Source of the DNA: Eledone cirrhosa
Taxonomy: Eukaryota
Length of the DNA stretch: 64,000 bases
Direction of reading: 5' to 3'
Assembly: GCA_964016885.1 (NCBI GenBank)
Contig: OZ024744.1
Span: 62,372,001 to 62,436,000 of the forward strand
In this document: piece by piece, positions 51,717 to 64,000 of the stretch
Layout: each line of letters starts with the position of its first letter
Position numbering within the stretch: the stretch's first letter is position 1
Made by a program: the position numbers and the translations under genes
The notes under the pieces: generated by a model
Told to the model about the DNA's origin: nothing
The model's input: only the letters and a program-made list of their open reading frames with translations
Database searches by the model: none

Positions 51717-53150
51717 CTATAACAATATTCAAGTAATCCCCCCCACCCCTAAAAAAAGAATTGAGAGATCACAGCTCTAATACTATGGGCATGTGGTTAG
51801 AATGACTCAAGAAAGAATTGCTGGATAGATTTTATGGCAAAACCAACAGACAGGAGACCCAGGGGTAGACTCCAAGCAAGATGGTTGGATAACATCCATG
51901 AACTTGGCTGGTCACACTTGGGGATCCAGCCAGATCAGTTGGAGACAGTTGCTTCTAACAGGACCCACTGGAAGGAGTGTTTGAAGACTGCTCCCACAGC
52001 CCTCTCAGGAATAAGTGGGTGAAGAAGAAGAAAAAAATCTATCTGAATTATACCTGTATATTGCAGATTAAGACCGAAAAAATGCAGAACATCCTTCTAC
52101 TGGTTAATTATATCATTATCATTGTCATTTTACATATTTTTCCATGATAGCATGGGTTAAATGGGTCTTTACAGACCAAGTCAGTACTTAATTATTGGAG
52201 CTGCTGTCCTATAAGGGTCAGGGGACGACATCTCATATACATTCTATTTTAAGCATGACTTCTACAGCTGGATACTCTTTCAAACACCTAATGCAATACT
52301 GATTGTATTGGGTGTGACACCAGCAATATAAATATTGTCATGTCCTTGACATGATTGAAAAATACTCAACCCTTTGTTTTGGCATGGTTTCTACTGAACG
52401 ATATCCTTCCTATCTCTAGAGTGTACTGGGTGCTTTTTATCATCACTAGCATTAAGAAGGTTGTCATGTCCTTGATACAACTGAACTGTCCTCTCAACTT
52501 TTTGGCATGGTTTCTATAGCTGGATGCTCTTTCCATTGCCAACCATTTTACAGATTATAATGGATGCCTTTTATTTTAAGGAGGTTGCCATGACTGAAGA
52601 GCCCTTAACTCTTGGGCATGGTTTCTATTATTGGACGTCTTTCCTAATACCAACCACTTTGTAGAGTATATGGGATACAGTTTATCACAACACCAGCACT
52701 AGGGAGGCTGTCATGTCTGGCACATTAATCAAGAATTTTAATAAACTAGTATTTGGAACTAAGAGGTTCTTACATAACAATATGATGGAAGGTATTTAGA
52801 TAAATATAACCATTTTCAAATAAATAGTTTTAGAACATAGAAACCATGGGTGGTTTCAAGCAGTTAGGTATCAAAAAGGTTAAACCAGTTCATTTTCTTT
52901 TACTATTTTCCAAATCTAATAAATACAATTTCTGAACAAAAATAGTGGAAGGAAGAAACAGTAGGAGAAAGGCTACCAAAAACCTGCACAGAAGTGGTGA
53001 GAGTGGATCTCAAAACACTGAACATCACAGAGGAGATGAAGAAGGAAGGCAATGTGTGTAAAGAGGCTATAGTGATAATAGCCCGCCCAACCCATGCCAG
53101 CATGGAAAAGCAGTCGAAAAAAGGCTATGGTGATGGCAGTCTGATCTTAC

Positions 53151-53326
53151 CTTGACAGTCTTTTTGGCATATTTGTCTATAGCACTTCCTTGACTCTTAA
53201 AAATCTTGACATTGGAGGCCAAAAGATCTTTCCTTTCCATTCCTTCTCTACGTGGCATGGCACCAACAAGAATAGCCACATCAATGTCCATAAAACCAAC
53301 TTCAAGAGAGGAAGTAGGTACTACGT
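53151..53326 (-). CDS. MDH1: MDH1 coding exon (176 nt) with the substrate-specificity loop
   Basis: cttcag|(N)[46 protein letters not shown]...KKTVK|gtaag; phase 1 matches the upstream exon. Confidence 0.96.
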
Positions 53327-53599
53327 CTGAAGAGAGAGAAAGACAAATGTTCATTATCATCATCCTCATTACTACCACCACCACCTCCACACCATCATAA
53401 TTTTGATATTTATAGCTTTTCATAACATTCTTTCATTCATCAGCAGCATTTTTATGTCCGTTTTTTTACATGCTTACATAAAGAATTTGATTATGTCTTC
53501 AATTTCACTGCACAGTTGAGGTTGTTTGAAGCATAACACTCAAACACATTGTGACAAGCTGAATAATAATATACATTATTATTGTAATTATTATTATCA

Positions 53600-54380
53600 T
53601 AGAGCATGGATTGAAAGAACTGTTAGAGAAATATTAATTGTGGCTCTTTATGATTTGATTTCAAATACCACCAAGGTCAAAGTAAACATAGCAAAGAACA
53701 AAGTTTTAGTAAGCAGTAAAAAATACAAGACTTTGATACCATCTGGGAAGTGACCATGCTCAATGTGCAGAAAAGGAGTGGGTAGAAATTCTATACAATG
53801 TACACAATGTAAGGTACACAAGATGTATAGTGAGATTATAGGCAGACTAACATAAAAGATAGACTTTGTATGTGGTAGATGCACAAGAATAGTATGTAGT
53901 AAGAGCAACAATGAAATAAATCTTTTTCCATTTACAGGAAGGTACCATAGAAGTAGTTGATAATTTCTGTTACTTAGATGACTTAACAGTAGAGGGGGTT
54001 GCTCTGAAAACATAGTAGCTAAAATAAGAACATGATGAGGAAAAGTTCAGGGAGCTACTGCCTCTATTGACAACAAAGGGATGTTTTTAATGAATGATGG
54101 GTAGATTGTCTGATGCCTGTGTGTGATACAGTGTCACATGACAGTGAGACATGGGCAGTAAATGCTGAGGATATACAAGACACTGGAGAGAAATGAAGTG
54201 AACATACTCTGTTGGATATGTAATCTTAGTGTGTATGAATGACAGGGTATGGATGAACTGAGTGAAAAACTGGGTATAAAGAATCAGATGTAGCGTGCAA
54301 GAGAGAAGACTGCACTGCTTTGGACATGCGATGCATGTGGGTGAGGGACACTGAGTGAAGAAATGCCAGGTGATACGGAT
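53600..54380 (+). mobile_element. Old RTE remnant
   Basis: Degraded match to the LIPSGKWPC...FRYL...SETW...LRWYGH segment of the other copies. Confidence 0.7.
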
Positions 54381-54821
54381 GCTAACCTGAATTGTTGACA
54401 TTTGAAAATTTTAAAAGAAGTGAATCCTAAAATAAGCAATCATTATATATAAGAATATTTATGTTTAATCAACAGCTACGAAATTTAGGAGATAAATTAC
54501 ATAATATTCATTCATGATTTATTCAAAGTAATCCAACTTATTTTAATAATGTGTTCAGAAAAAATATCCCGGACAGTCTCGCAATCCTCTAATCGTTATA
54601 TATAAGATGTGTGTGTGTATGTGCCCATGTCTATAATTACTGTTTGTCTCCGTCCCATAACTTAACAGTTAAAAAAAAAAAAAATAAATAAATATATACA
54701 GAGGTGAAAATGATTGACTAAATCTCTTTCAAATCGGTGCTACATGATAGTCACACTCAAATGACTAAAACCAAAAAGAACAGATGAATATACGTGATGA
54801 AATTATGAAATGTTAACTTAC

Positions 54822-54918
54822 TCTTTAGCAGTGGAAGAGCACAGTCTTGAAGTTCCATTGCAACTCCCTCCAGAACTGACATCATTGGTTCAATATCCAA
54901 AAGTACCAAAGATATTGG
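54822..54918 (-). CDS. MDH1: MDH1 coding exon (97 nt)
   Basis: ttctaaag|[32 protein letters not shown]+A|gtaagt. Confidence 0.96.
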
Positions 54919-57229
54919 CTTTAGAAAATACAGAAAAAAAGGAACACAAATAAATAATATATAAATACAAGATCTTTAAAAAAAAAAAATAAACTCAACA
55001 GGGTTTTAATCATTGGACTTGTTTGAGATAAATATTTATTAAATGACTACTAATCTTAATAAAGGAGACTTTTTTTATCATTTTACACCATTAATAACAA
55101 TCGCCATCACCATCATTGTTTTTATGTCCACTTTCCATATTGACATTGGTTGGAAGAGTTGTCATGTTCTGAAGCTAGACTAATCAGGTGACCTAGTCTT
55201 CTTACTCATACATTCCATATTTGGCATGGTTTCTATGGCTGGATGCCCTTTCTAACATCAAAATATTCTAGTTAATAACACTGAAAGGTGCCAGAAAGCT
55301 TTATATGGTATTAGTATGTAATTTCCCCCTTTCATTACTATATTTCTATGATTTTCAATATTATCAAGAATTTGGAGGGTTTTTCATTATTAAGATGGTA
55401 TTTGGAACATAACTTAGCAAAACTTCTTACATAAAATTATAATAGAAGGTTTAACCTTTTAGCATTTCCATTATTCTATATTTACTAATATATTTTCATG
55501 GTAAAGGCTTTACCTCAAATAATTATCTCACATAATATCAAATCTATGAGATTTTGATATTTATTTTGAGAACCATACGTAACATCAGTATGAGCGGCCA
55601 GTTTAAACAGAAAGGGGTGAGAGAATTAATGGTCAGATACAGCCGGTTTAAATGCTAAACACACTTTAAAACATATAACCATGTATGGCTTAAGAAGATT
55701 TGGTATCAGAATGATTAACTGAAGATTTCTAAGGGAGAATTAACAACAAACAACATAATAGCATTAGTTCTGATACAAATATCAACACACTGATCACTTG
55801 AATGTAAAGAGATCAAGAACATTGTATGATATAGGTGCAAGTACGAATGTGTCGTTAAGATGTTTGCATCACAACCACATAGCTTTGGATTCATTCTACT
55901 ATGGCCTTGAGTTGACCAAAGCCTTGTATTGGAAATTTAGTATATAGAAATTGTATGGAAGCCAGTTGTGTATGTGTGTATATATATGATCATCATCATC
56001 ACTGTCGATTAACATCTATCTTCCACACTAGCATGGATTAGACAGGTTTGTCCCATTTAGAAGCAAGTTGGGTCGGGGGACCATGTCCCACTCATATAGG
56101 AGATTTTCTGGCTGGTTTTCTACAGCTGGATGCCCTTCCTAATGCCAACCACACTTACAGTGTGTGCTGGGTGTTTGGGGGCTGGTTTTCTATGGCTGGA
56201 TACCCTTCCTAACGTCAACCACATTTACAATGTATGCTAGGTGCTTTTTGTCGTAACACCTACACAATATATATATATGTATACCCATCCAAACCATGCA
56301 AACATGGAAAGACAGATATAAAATGATGATGATGTATATGTTTGTTGTGTGTTTACGTTTGTTTGTTTATGTCTTTTCATTTAACAATTCGAAAAAAAAA
56401 AAACAGATCGATAAAGTAGATACCACATTTGAAAAAAGTACTGTGGTTAATAATACAAATTAAATCCTTTTAAGGTGGTGTCACACCATGGTCTCAGACT
56501 AACGGGTGAAACAAATAAAAGAGTAAAAGAACATAACATAATATATATCAACATCGCAGTTTAATGTCTATTTTCTATGCATGCATGGGTAAGATGGGTT
56601 TTCATGTTTGAAGCTAGACAAGTCAGATGACAATGCTTGCTCATATGTTCCATTTTTGGCATGCTTTCTACAGCTGGATACCCATCCTAACACCAACCTC
56701 TTTACAGGATGTACTGGGAAGATTTATCATGACTGGTACTACCACCTTTCAAAATAGACTGGGTGTTTTTGTCATAGCACCAACACTTCCAATTTACAGA
56801 GTGGACTGGGTGTATTTTTATCATAGCACCATCACTAAGGAGGCATTGACAGGAGTGGGGGAGGGTCATATTGCCATGAGAGAGGAAACTTCAGGTCATG
56901 GGGGTGGCTTTGGTGAGAGTGAGTTGTGTCTGGCTTTCAATGCTGGTATCGGTTGGACAAGAGAGTTAATCAGGTATACGAGGGGGTTGTCAGATCTTTC
57001 TTCTATGTTGGTATTGGTTATGAAGGGGAAACGAATTGGGGATGAGGTAGGGTGGGAGCACTTTTCTTTCTGTACTGACATGGGTTAGATGAGAGAAGTG
57101 ATGGTAGGAGTATAATGAGGGGAAATGAGGAAGTGGGAAGATAAGTTTAGGAAGGTGAACAAGTGGGTCAAGCCTGTAAACCTTTCACTTTCTTGCATTT
57201 CACCCCATTCATGCAGTACAACATATTGC

Positions 57230-57860
57230 CAATTGACTTGGCATTATGTTATCTTCTTTGTGAGATTCAGTTTCATGAGGTCAGCCTTGATGACATCACT
57301 CCAAATGTTCCTGGGCCTTCTGCAATTTCCATCAATTTTGAGTGACCTGCACTTTTTTATGCAGCTATCATTCTTCATACTCATTGCATGTCTATACCAG
57401 CGCTGTCATCTTTCTAATCCCTACATCTAATCCCTCTTATGCTCAGCTTTTCTTTCAGTTCATTTATGCTTCATCTTTCATGCACACTATCCATCAGTGT
57501 ATGCTTGCTTCACTGCTTTCCAATCTTTCAAGGCCCATGTCTCACATCCATGCAGCACTTCAGATCTCAAACAAGCATATATACAACCTGCCTTTTGTTC
57601 TGAGGGAGAAACCTTTTGTAGCCAGCAAAGGTAGTAGCTCCCTGAACTTTTTCCACCCAGTTCTCACTCTAGCTACTATATTTCCAGAACACTCCCCCAA
57701 CTGCTAATTAAGTCACCTAGGAAGCAGAAGGTATCAACCACTTCTAAGGATTTGCTAAAGTCTATTTCATGTGAACATTTGCCACATAAATAGCCTACAA
57801 CCTTTGTTAACCTACCAGATATCTCATTAAACAGCTTGTGTACCCAGAGATTTCATTTTG
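57230..57860 (-). mobile_element. Old RTE remnant
   Basis: Matches the RTGWKKFRELLPLL..KGFSL segment of the other copies. Confidence 0.7.
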
Positions 57861-57940
57861 CGCAGAGGCATGCATATATATATACATAAAAGATAAAGAC
57901 AGAAAAGGAGAAGGAAGGGTAACTGTGAGAGTATTCTTAC

Positions 57941-58039
57941 CGTGGTTAGCCCAAAGATATTTCCCTTAGCAACATTGTAGAGGAGGGAATATGCAATCTG
58001 ACCAGCAGCTCCTGAAACCAGTACTTTTATAGGGTCGCT
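57941..58039 (-). CDS. MDH1: MDH1 coding exon (99 nt), NAD-binding GAAGQI motif; the upstream ATG exon was not located
   Basis: tttacag|[33 protein letters not shown]|gtaag. With one upstream Met the exons join in frame to 332 aa. Confidence 0.96.
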
Positions 58040-59435
58040 CTGTAAATATAAGAAAAGGTTGCATCAATGAACATGTATGTATACATCACAATATTTTAAT
58101 ATTTAAGGATGAGAAAAGCAAGAATTGCCATATTAATGCATTTTGAGGCAAAAATTAGACAGCTGAAATGGGCGGTGGATGATATTTAACAATCATCATC
58201 ATCATCATCATCATCACCGTTTTACGTCCGTTCTTCCACGCTACCATGGGTTAGACGGGTTGTCCTGTTGTGGGCAGTGTCTGGTCGGCTGACCATGCCT
58301 TGCTCATACAGGAACTGATTTGGCTAATTTTAAAATGTAATACATTACCATATTTCTAATGAAAGACGCTGCATATGATTTTCAAATTTTGAAAATAATC
58401 AAGAATTCAGAGGCATTTAGTAATATAACTTTCTCATTATTTAGCTTATGTTTGGAATATAACTTAAAGGATCTTATGGAAAATTATCATGGAAGGTTTT
58501 TAGATAGATATAAACATTTTAAAACACTTTGGTATCAAAACGATTAAAGCATTTTGGGGCAAAATTAGATAGTTGAAGCAAGGGGAGCGATATTTATTCC
58601 CAAACAATCTACAATTTTGAAATCTAATACAAAAACATTTTAAAGATGATTGTACTACTACTACTATAACCATCACTTGCAATCAAGTATTGCTAGCAGT
58701 ATGTACTATGCTTTCTCTCAGGGCTTTATGTGCCCATATAGCTCTTGCAAAAGATGCATTCTCAAGACTCCGGTCCATCTTTGTCGATTGCAACTTCTCA
58801 ATTGGAATCAAATTTCGTTTACTGAAGACATTTGTCTGGTCAATGCTTCTTTACAGCTGAAAATCATGGACTTTGAAGAGAATATGGATGGAACGTAAGA
58901 TACTGCTCACTATTAAAAAGAGACAACTAATGTTCCTAGGACATGCCGTCAGGAAAGCATGCTGGAAGACCTTTCCAATAGCGAAAAAATGGGAAGTTTG
59001 CCAGAGGTCGTCAAAGGTGAGAGCTGGAATGAATATCCAAAGATCTTACTACTATTTAATCGACAACATTTGCATGTAAGTGTGTGTATATATCATTATC
59101 ATTACCACCGTTTAATGTCCATTTTCCACGCTAGCATAGGTTAGACAAGTTGTCCTATTTGAGACAAGCCAGGTCAGATGACTATGTCTTGCTCTGGCTT
59201 GGTTTCTATAGCTGGATGCTCTTCCTGATACCAACCACATTTACAGTGTGGACTGGGAGCTGGGGTGTAGGAGGTGGATCTAGGGACATGGATGAGGGTT
59301 GGAATGTTAGGACATAGGAGGTGTATGGAAGGGAGGAAGGTAAAGGAAAGTGGAGCATACTAAATGTATGCTTCAACTCATGCACAAGGGAAGGTAAGTC
59401 TTCTGTATTACTGCATACCGCCAGAGATCTCGATC

Positions 59436-59486
<51 letters not shown>

Positions 59487-60561
59487 TCATTTAACAATTT
59501 CTTTGTGCCAGCAGTTTTTGAGACAGCTTTAATATGTATTCAAAATGATATCTAACACTGGATGGATTTTAATGTTTAAAATATTATTAACATGAACAAG
59601 TTTGATTACACATCTAAATTTTTTTGTCTTTTTTTTTATATAATGCAATAAAAAAAATGCAGAAGTGTAATCACATTTATTCATGTTAGAAATAGTTTTG
59701 CACTATTTTAAACAGTAAAATGTATCCATTACGCCCTGAAAAGAAGGGCATCAGCTATAAACAAAATATAGAATGTATGAGTAAGATGTGATTTTTCTGA
59801 CATGTCCAGTGAGGATCCATTCAATCAGGGTAAAACATGTAAAAATGATGATGATTTTCTGGTAAATATTTCTATCTACATCTACGTTGGCTGTTTGCTT
59901 GTACACCCATCAGTTGCCTGAATGTCTAATAGTATCCATAACTTTATATTCCATATGATTTATTTTATCTATGAAATCATTCCTAACATATATAATATAG
60001 TTATTTCTGCTTGCATACACAATTCATGAAGAATCAATTCCTTTAACCCTTTAACATTTAAACTGACCATATCCAGCCAGAATTCTCTCGCTTCCCCCTG
60101 TTCAAACTGGCTGCTCATGTCAACGTTTAGGTATTGTAAACATCAAAATCTCATAGATTCAATATTATGTAAGATAAAGCCTTTACCACAAAAATACAAT
60201 AGAATATATAGAGTAATAAATGCTAAAGGGTTAAAAATATAAATCAACGACTCAGTAGGTCTTCTTTTGCACTGAAATATATTGCCATTGTAGTTACAGT
60301 CACACTAATTAGCCTCTTCAGTTAGTGTCAAGCTTATTATAAAACTAGAAATATGCAAGTTCTGCTGGGAATGAGTGATTACGTTGTTTTAAAATTAATA
60401 TTACATGAAACACTGGACAAGAATCTTCTATGGCCCTAGATTGACCAATGCCTTGTGAGTGAATTTGGTAGATGGAAACTTAATCCTTTAGCATTTACAT
60501 TACTCTATATTTACTATTGAATTTTTATGGTATACACTTTATCTCACATAATATCAAATAT

Positions 60562-61531
60562 ACGGGATCTCAGGAAGCTTAACTAAGAATGTAAGCTTCA
60601 CATGTAGCAGCTGCGCTGGGACAGTAAGCAGCAAACAGCCACAGGAAACAAGTATCACCAAACTCTGGGAGGGCTCTGTAGAAACAGTAGACAGCTTCTG
60701 CTACCTAGGTGACTGAATTAGCACCAGAGGTGGGTGTTCGGAAAGTACAATAACTAGGGTAAGAACGGGATGGAAGAAGTTCAGGGAGCTACTGCCACTG
60801 CTAGCTGCAAAAGGTTTTTCCCTCAAAATGAAAAGCAGACTGTATGATGCGTGTATATGAACAGCAATGTTACATTGTAGTGAGACCTGGGCGCTGAAGG
60901 TGGAAAACTTGCGTAGATTAGAAAGAAACGAAGCCCGCATGCTCCAATGGATGTGTAATAGTAATATACGTGAACGGCAAAGCATAAATGAATTAAGAGG
61001 GAGACTGAGCATAAGAGGAATCAAATGCTGTGTGCAGGAGAGGCGGTTGCGTTGGTATGGACATGTGATGCGTATGAAAGATGACAGCTGCATAAAAAGG
61101 TGCAGAGCACTAGAAGTCGATGGAAACCGCGGAGTGGGGAGACCCAAGAAGACCTGCGATGTGATAAAAGCCGACCTTACCCAATTACACCTCTCAAAGG
61201 CGATGACACACGACCGTGACCTCTGGCGTCACGCAGTAATACAGAAGACCCGACCCCCCACAGGTACAAGCCGAAGCTGAAGCATATAAACAGTATGCCC
61301 CCACACCCTCCCACTGCAAAGTGGTTGTGGAGGTGCCACGGCAAAAAAGCACCCAGCCCACACTGTAAATGAGGTTGGTGTTAGGAAGGGCATCCAGTTG
61401 TAGAAATCAAGTCAGAATCTGTTCCTGTATGAGCAAGGCATGGTCAGCTGACCGGACACTGCCCACAACAGGACAACCCATCTAACCCATGCTAGCGGGG
61501 AAGAACGGACGTAAAACGGTGATGATGATGA
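60562..61531 (+). mobile_element. RTE LINE 3' fragment inserted inside a piggyBac-type MITE
   Basis: MLHCSETW...RLRWYGHV; (GAT)n tail; the flanks rejoin as cacataatatcaaat|atgagattttgatattt, as in the uninterrupted MITE at ~55530-55560. Confidence 0.85.
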
Positions 61532-64000
61532 TATGAGATTTTGATATTTATTTTGAGAACAATACCTGAACATAAATATGAGCAGCCAATTATGGCCAGT
61601 TTGAACAAAAAGAGGTGAGAGAATTCTGGCTTGATATGGCCGGTTTTAATGTTAAAAGGTTTAAGGAGACATATATGTTTATGTGTGATATATACAAAAA
61701 TAGGAAATCATTAGAAGGGAGGTAAATGTAAAAGCCAAACTCGCTATCTTCAATTTGGTATTTGCACCAACCCTTATGAATCTTGGGTAATGACTGAAAG
61801 AATACAATTGTGAATACAAATAGCTGAAATGGGGTTCCTCCAAAGGGTCTTTGGAGTAATGTTACTTGATAGAGTGCATAGCTCAGAGATCAGAGTCACT
61901 CCAGGTAGGACCACTTCTCCGAATTGAGAGAATATCCCAGTTATCTGTTTGAAGCTCAGAGCAGTAGAAACTATATTACACATCTCTTTTATTACCTCTG
62001 TTGTTTTTATAGCTTAAGTTGTAATATTTTATGTTTATAACTCTGGAGTAACATTACTTGATAGAATGCATAACTCAGAGATCAGAGAGTTGCTCTAGGT
62101 ATTGCTGCAACTTCTCCAAATTGAGAGATCACAGCTCCAATACTACAAATATGTGGTTAGAATGACAAAGGGAAAAATCACTGGACAGATTTTATGGGCA
62201 AAGCCAACTGGCAGGAGACTCAGAAGTAGTACATAAACTTTTGGTCTCACTTGGACCCAGCTGGATCAATTGGGGATGGCTGTTTCTGATATGTGTCTGA
62301 GTACTCTGCTCTCACGAATATGTGAGTGAAGAAAAGAAATCATTATTGCTTTTATTAGATATTTTGTCTTTCTTTTTATAACAGCACATTTCTGAATAAT
62401 TAGGGGACAATAAAACCATTTTTAATATCCCAGTTATCTGGTTGAAGCTCAGAGAAGTAGAAACTATATTACACATCTATTTTATTACCTCTGTTGTTTT
62501 TATAGCTTAGGTTGTTATATTTTATGTTTATAACTGTTCAAGATTAGAGTAATTTATAAAATGCTATTAACTCTTAACATTCCGTAATGATTTAGCAAGA
62601 AATATCTAAAAACAGGTTTGTTAATTCAAATATTTATAGTATCTTTACTAGTTGACAGACTGTTGAGAAAATTTGTAATATTAGGATAAAGAATAATTTT
62701 TAATGCAGTGCAGTCAGTGCTGTTTTATATCTTTTAAGAGTACCTTGTCAATGTGGTTTCATGTAGTACAGGACTTTAAGAGTGAATGTTCTTATTCATA
62801 TTTCAAATTTGAACATAGTTTATTAAGAAATTCATAATTGTTCTTTTAAAAATATTTTAAAATCAAGTTTTCGAAAGTAATATTCACTATACTTTTACAG
62901 TATTTTTTAAAGATTGTCGAATGTACCCTTTATTTAACTCTTAATGTCCTATACTACAGAAAACTGCATTAGCAATGCATTCTTGAAAAGTACAAAACAG
63001 CTCTTTGATTGCATATAAAAAATAGTTTTTCCTATATTGTAAATTTTCAGTCTATTAGCAAACCTACTATAAACATTTGAATCAACAAACTCGTTTTGGG
63101 ATATAGCATGTTAATGGTTAAGGCACGTTCAGCTGCTATTTTTAACTAGTCAAGTGACTATGTCTCCATTCAAAATTCAAATGTTTTGTTATTTAGCTCC
63201 AGGCTAACCTCGATTAAGCAGACCCATGATGAAATGTTTCAGCCATGACTACCCTGGTGACCTATGACTATCAAACATGTGCCTTTTCCTTTTTAAGACA
63301 GTTCAGGATGATTTATCCCTTATTTCTAGCTTGTTAAGCAATCCCGTGCACATTGTAGCTCCAAGTTACAACTCATCACAAAATTTACAACTGAAACATG
63401 AAATATTTATATGGGATTCTGTGAGCATCCAAACTTGCTTATACACACTACCATTCTTTCAATTGTTTTATTGATACATAAATACAAAAAAATAATGCCA
63501 TAAAGAGATCACTTCAATCAAAAACTGAAAGGTCACAGGTGAAGAACCAATGCAAAATATTGTCTCTGCGCACCAGACTGCCAAATCCACACCTGCATAA
63601 CATGTCCGCATGCGACTCCCAACATAATAGCTATTCCAGTTCTACCACCGGTGTGAAATCCAAGTGTGATAAGCATGTTGTATCCAGATATGGCGAAGGG
63701 AGTTAACTCTAATGTCCAATGTCAACACCATGTTAATTTAGTAGTTATTGATAAATTAAATACCACGATTTTATATTAATATATATATACACTTCGACAC
63801 AAACATGGAAAATCTAATTAAAAAAACATATCTGTACAGATACGGTATGAATGCGGGAATCAAAATGGGGCGTATATACTTTGCCCGAACATGGTGGGGC
63901 GCCGTCTTATTTTTAAAATCGAAGTGGGGCCCGAGACCCCCAAAAAGTTAATATCACTGCAGAATAGGATTAATCGAGACTTGCATGTCTATATGCTAAG

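Noticed and set aside
63700-64000. MDH1 first exon or promoter in the CpG-richer window end
   Set aside because: The only ATG|GT candidate I noticed (~63731-63727, ATG gtgttg) has a poor donor; exon 1 probably lies beyond the window.

Overview
AT-rich, repeat-saturated animal genomic DNA; the microsatellite/SINE/RTE landscape suggests a coleoid cephalopod such as an octopus (inference). There are two host genes, both on the minus strand. (1) The 5' part of a kinesin-6 (KIF23/MKLP1-like) gene whose first >=306 codons form one uninterrupted exon (918..1, missing from the ORF track because it runs off the window). (2) Seven coding exons of cytosolic malate dehydrogenase MDH1 (58039..37556); the ATG-only first exon was not located. 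Top finding: the MDH1 stop is UGA-C followed in frame by CUU CAC GAU UCU AAA UUG UAA (X-L-H-D-S-K-L-stop), a hidden peroxisomal targeting signal (PTS1) reachable only by stop-codon readthrough or recoding. The rest is mostly mobile DNA: head-to-tail arrays of R4/Dong-type REL-endonuclease retrotransposons sorted into (CATA)n versus (AAT)n microsatellites, many RTE and CR1/L2-like LINE relics, tRNA-derived SINEs, hAT and piggyBac-type MITEs, a Penelope-type element with a minimal hammerhead ribozyme, a possible degenerate HDV-like ribozyme, and a tRNA-containing fold-back repeat just downstream of MDH1. All calls were made by eye; no database search was run.
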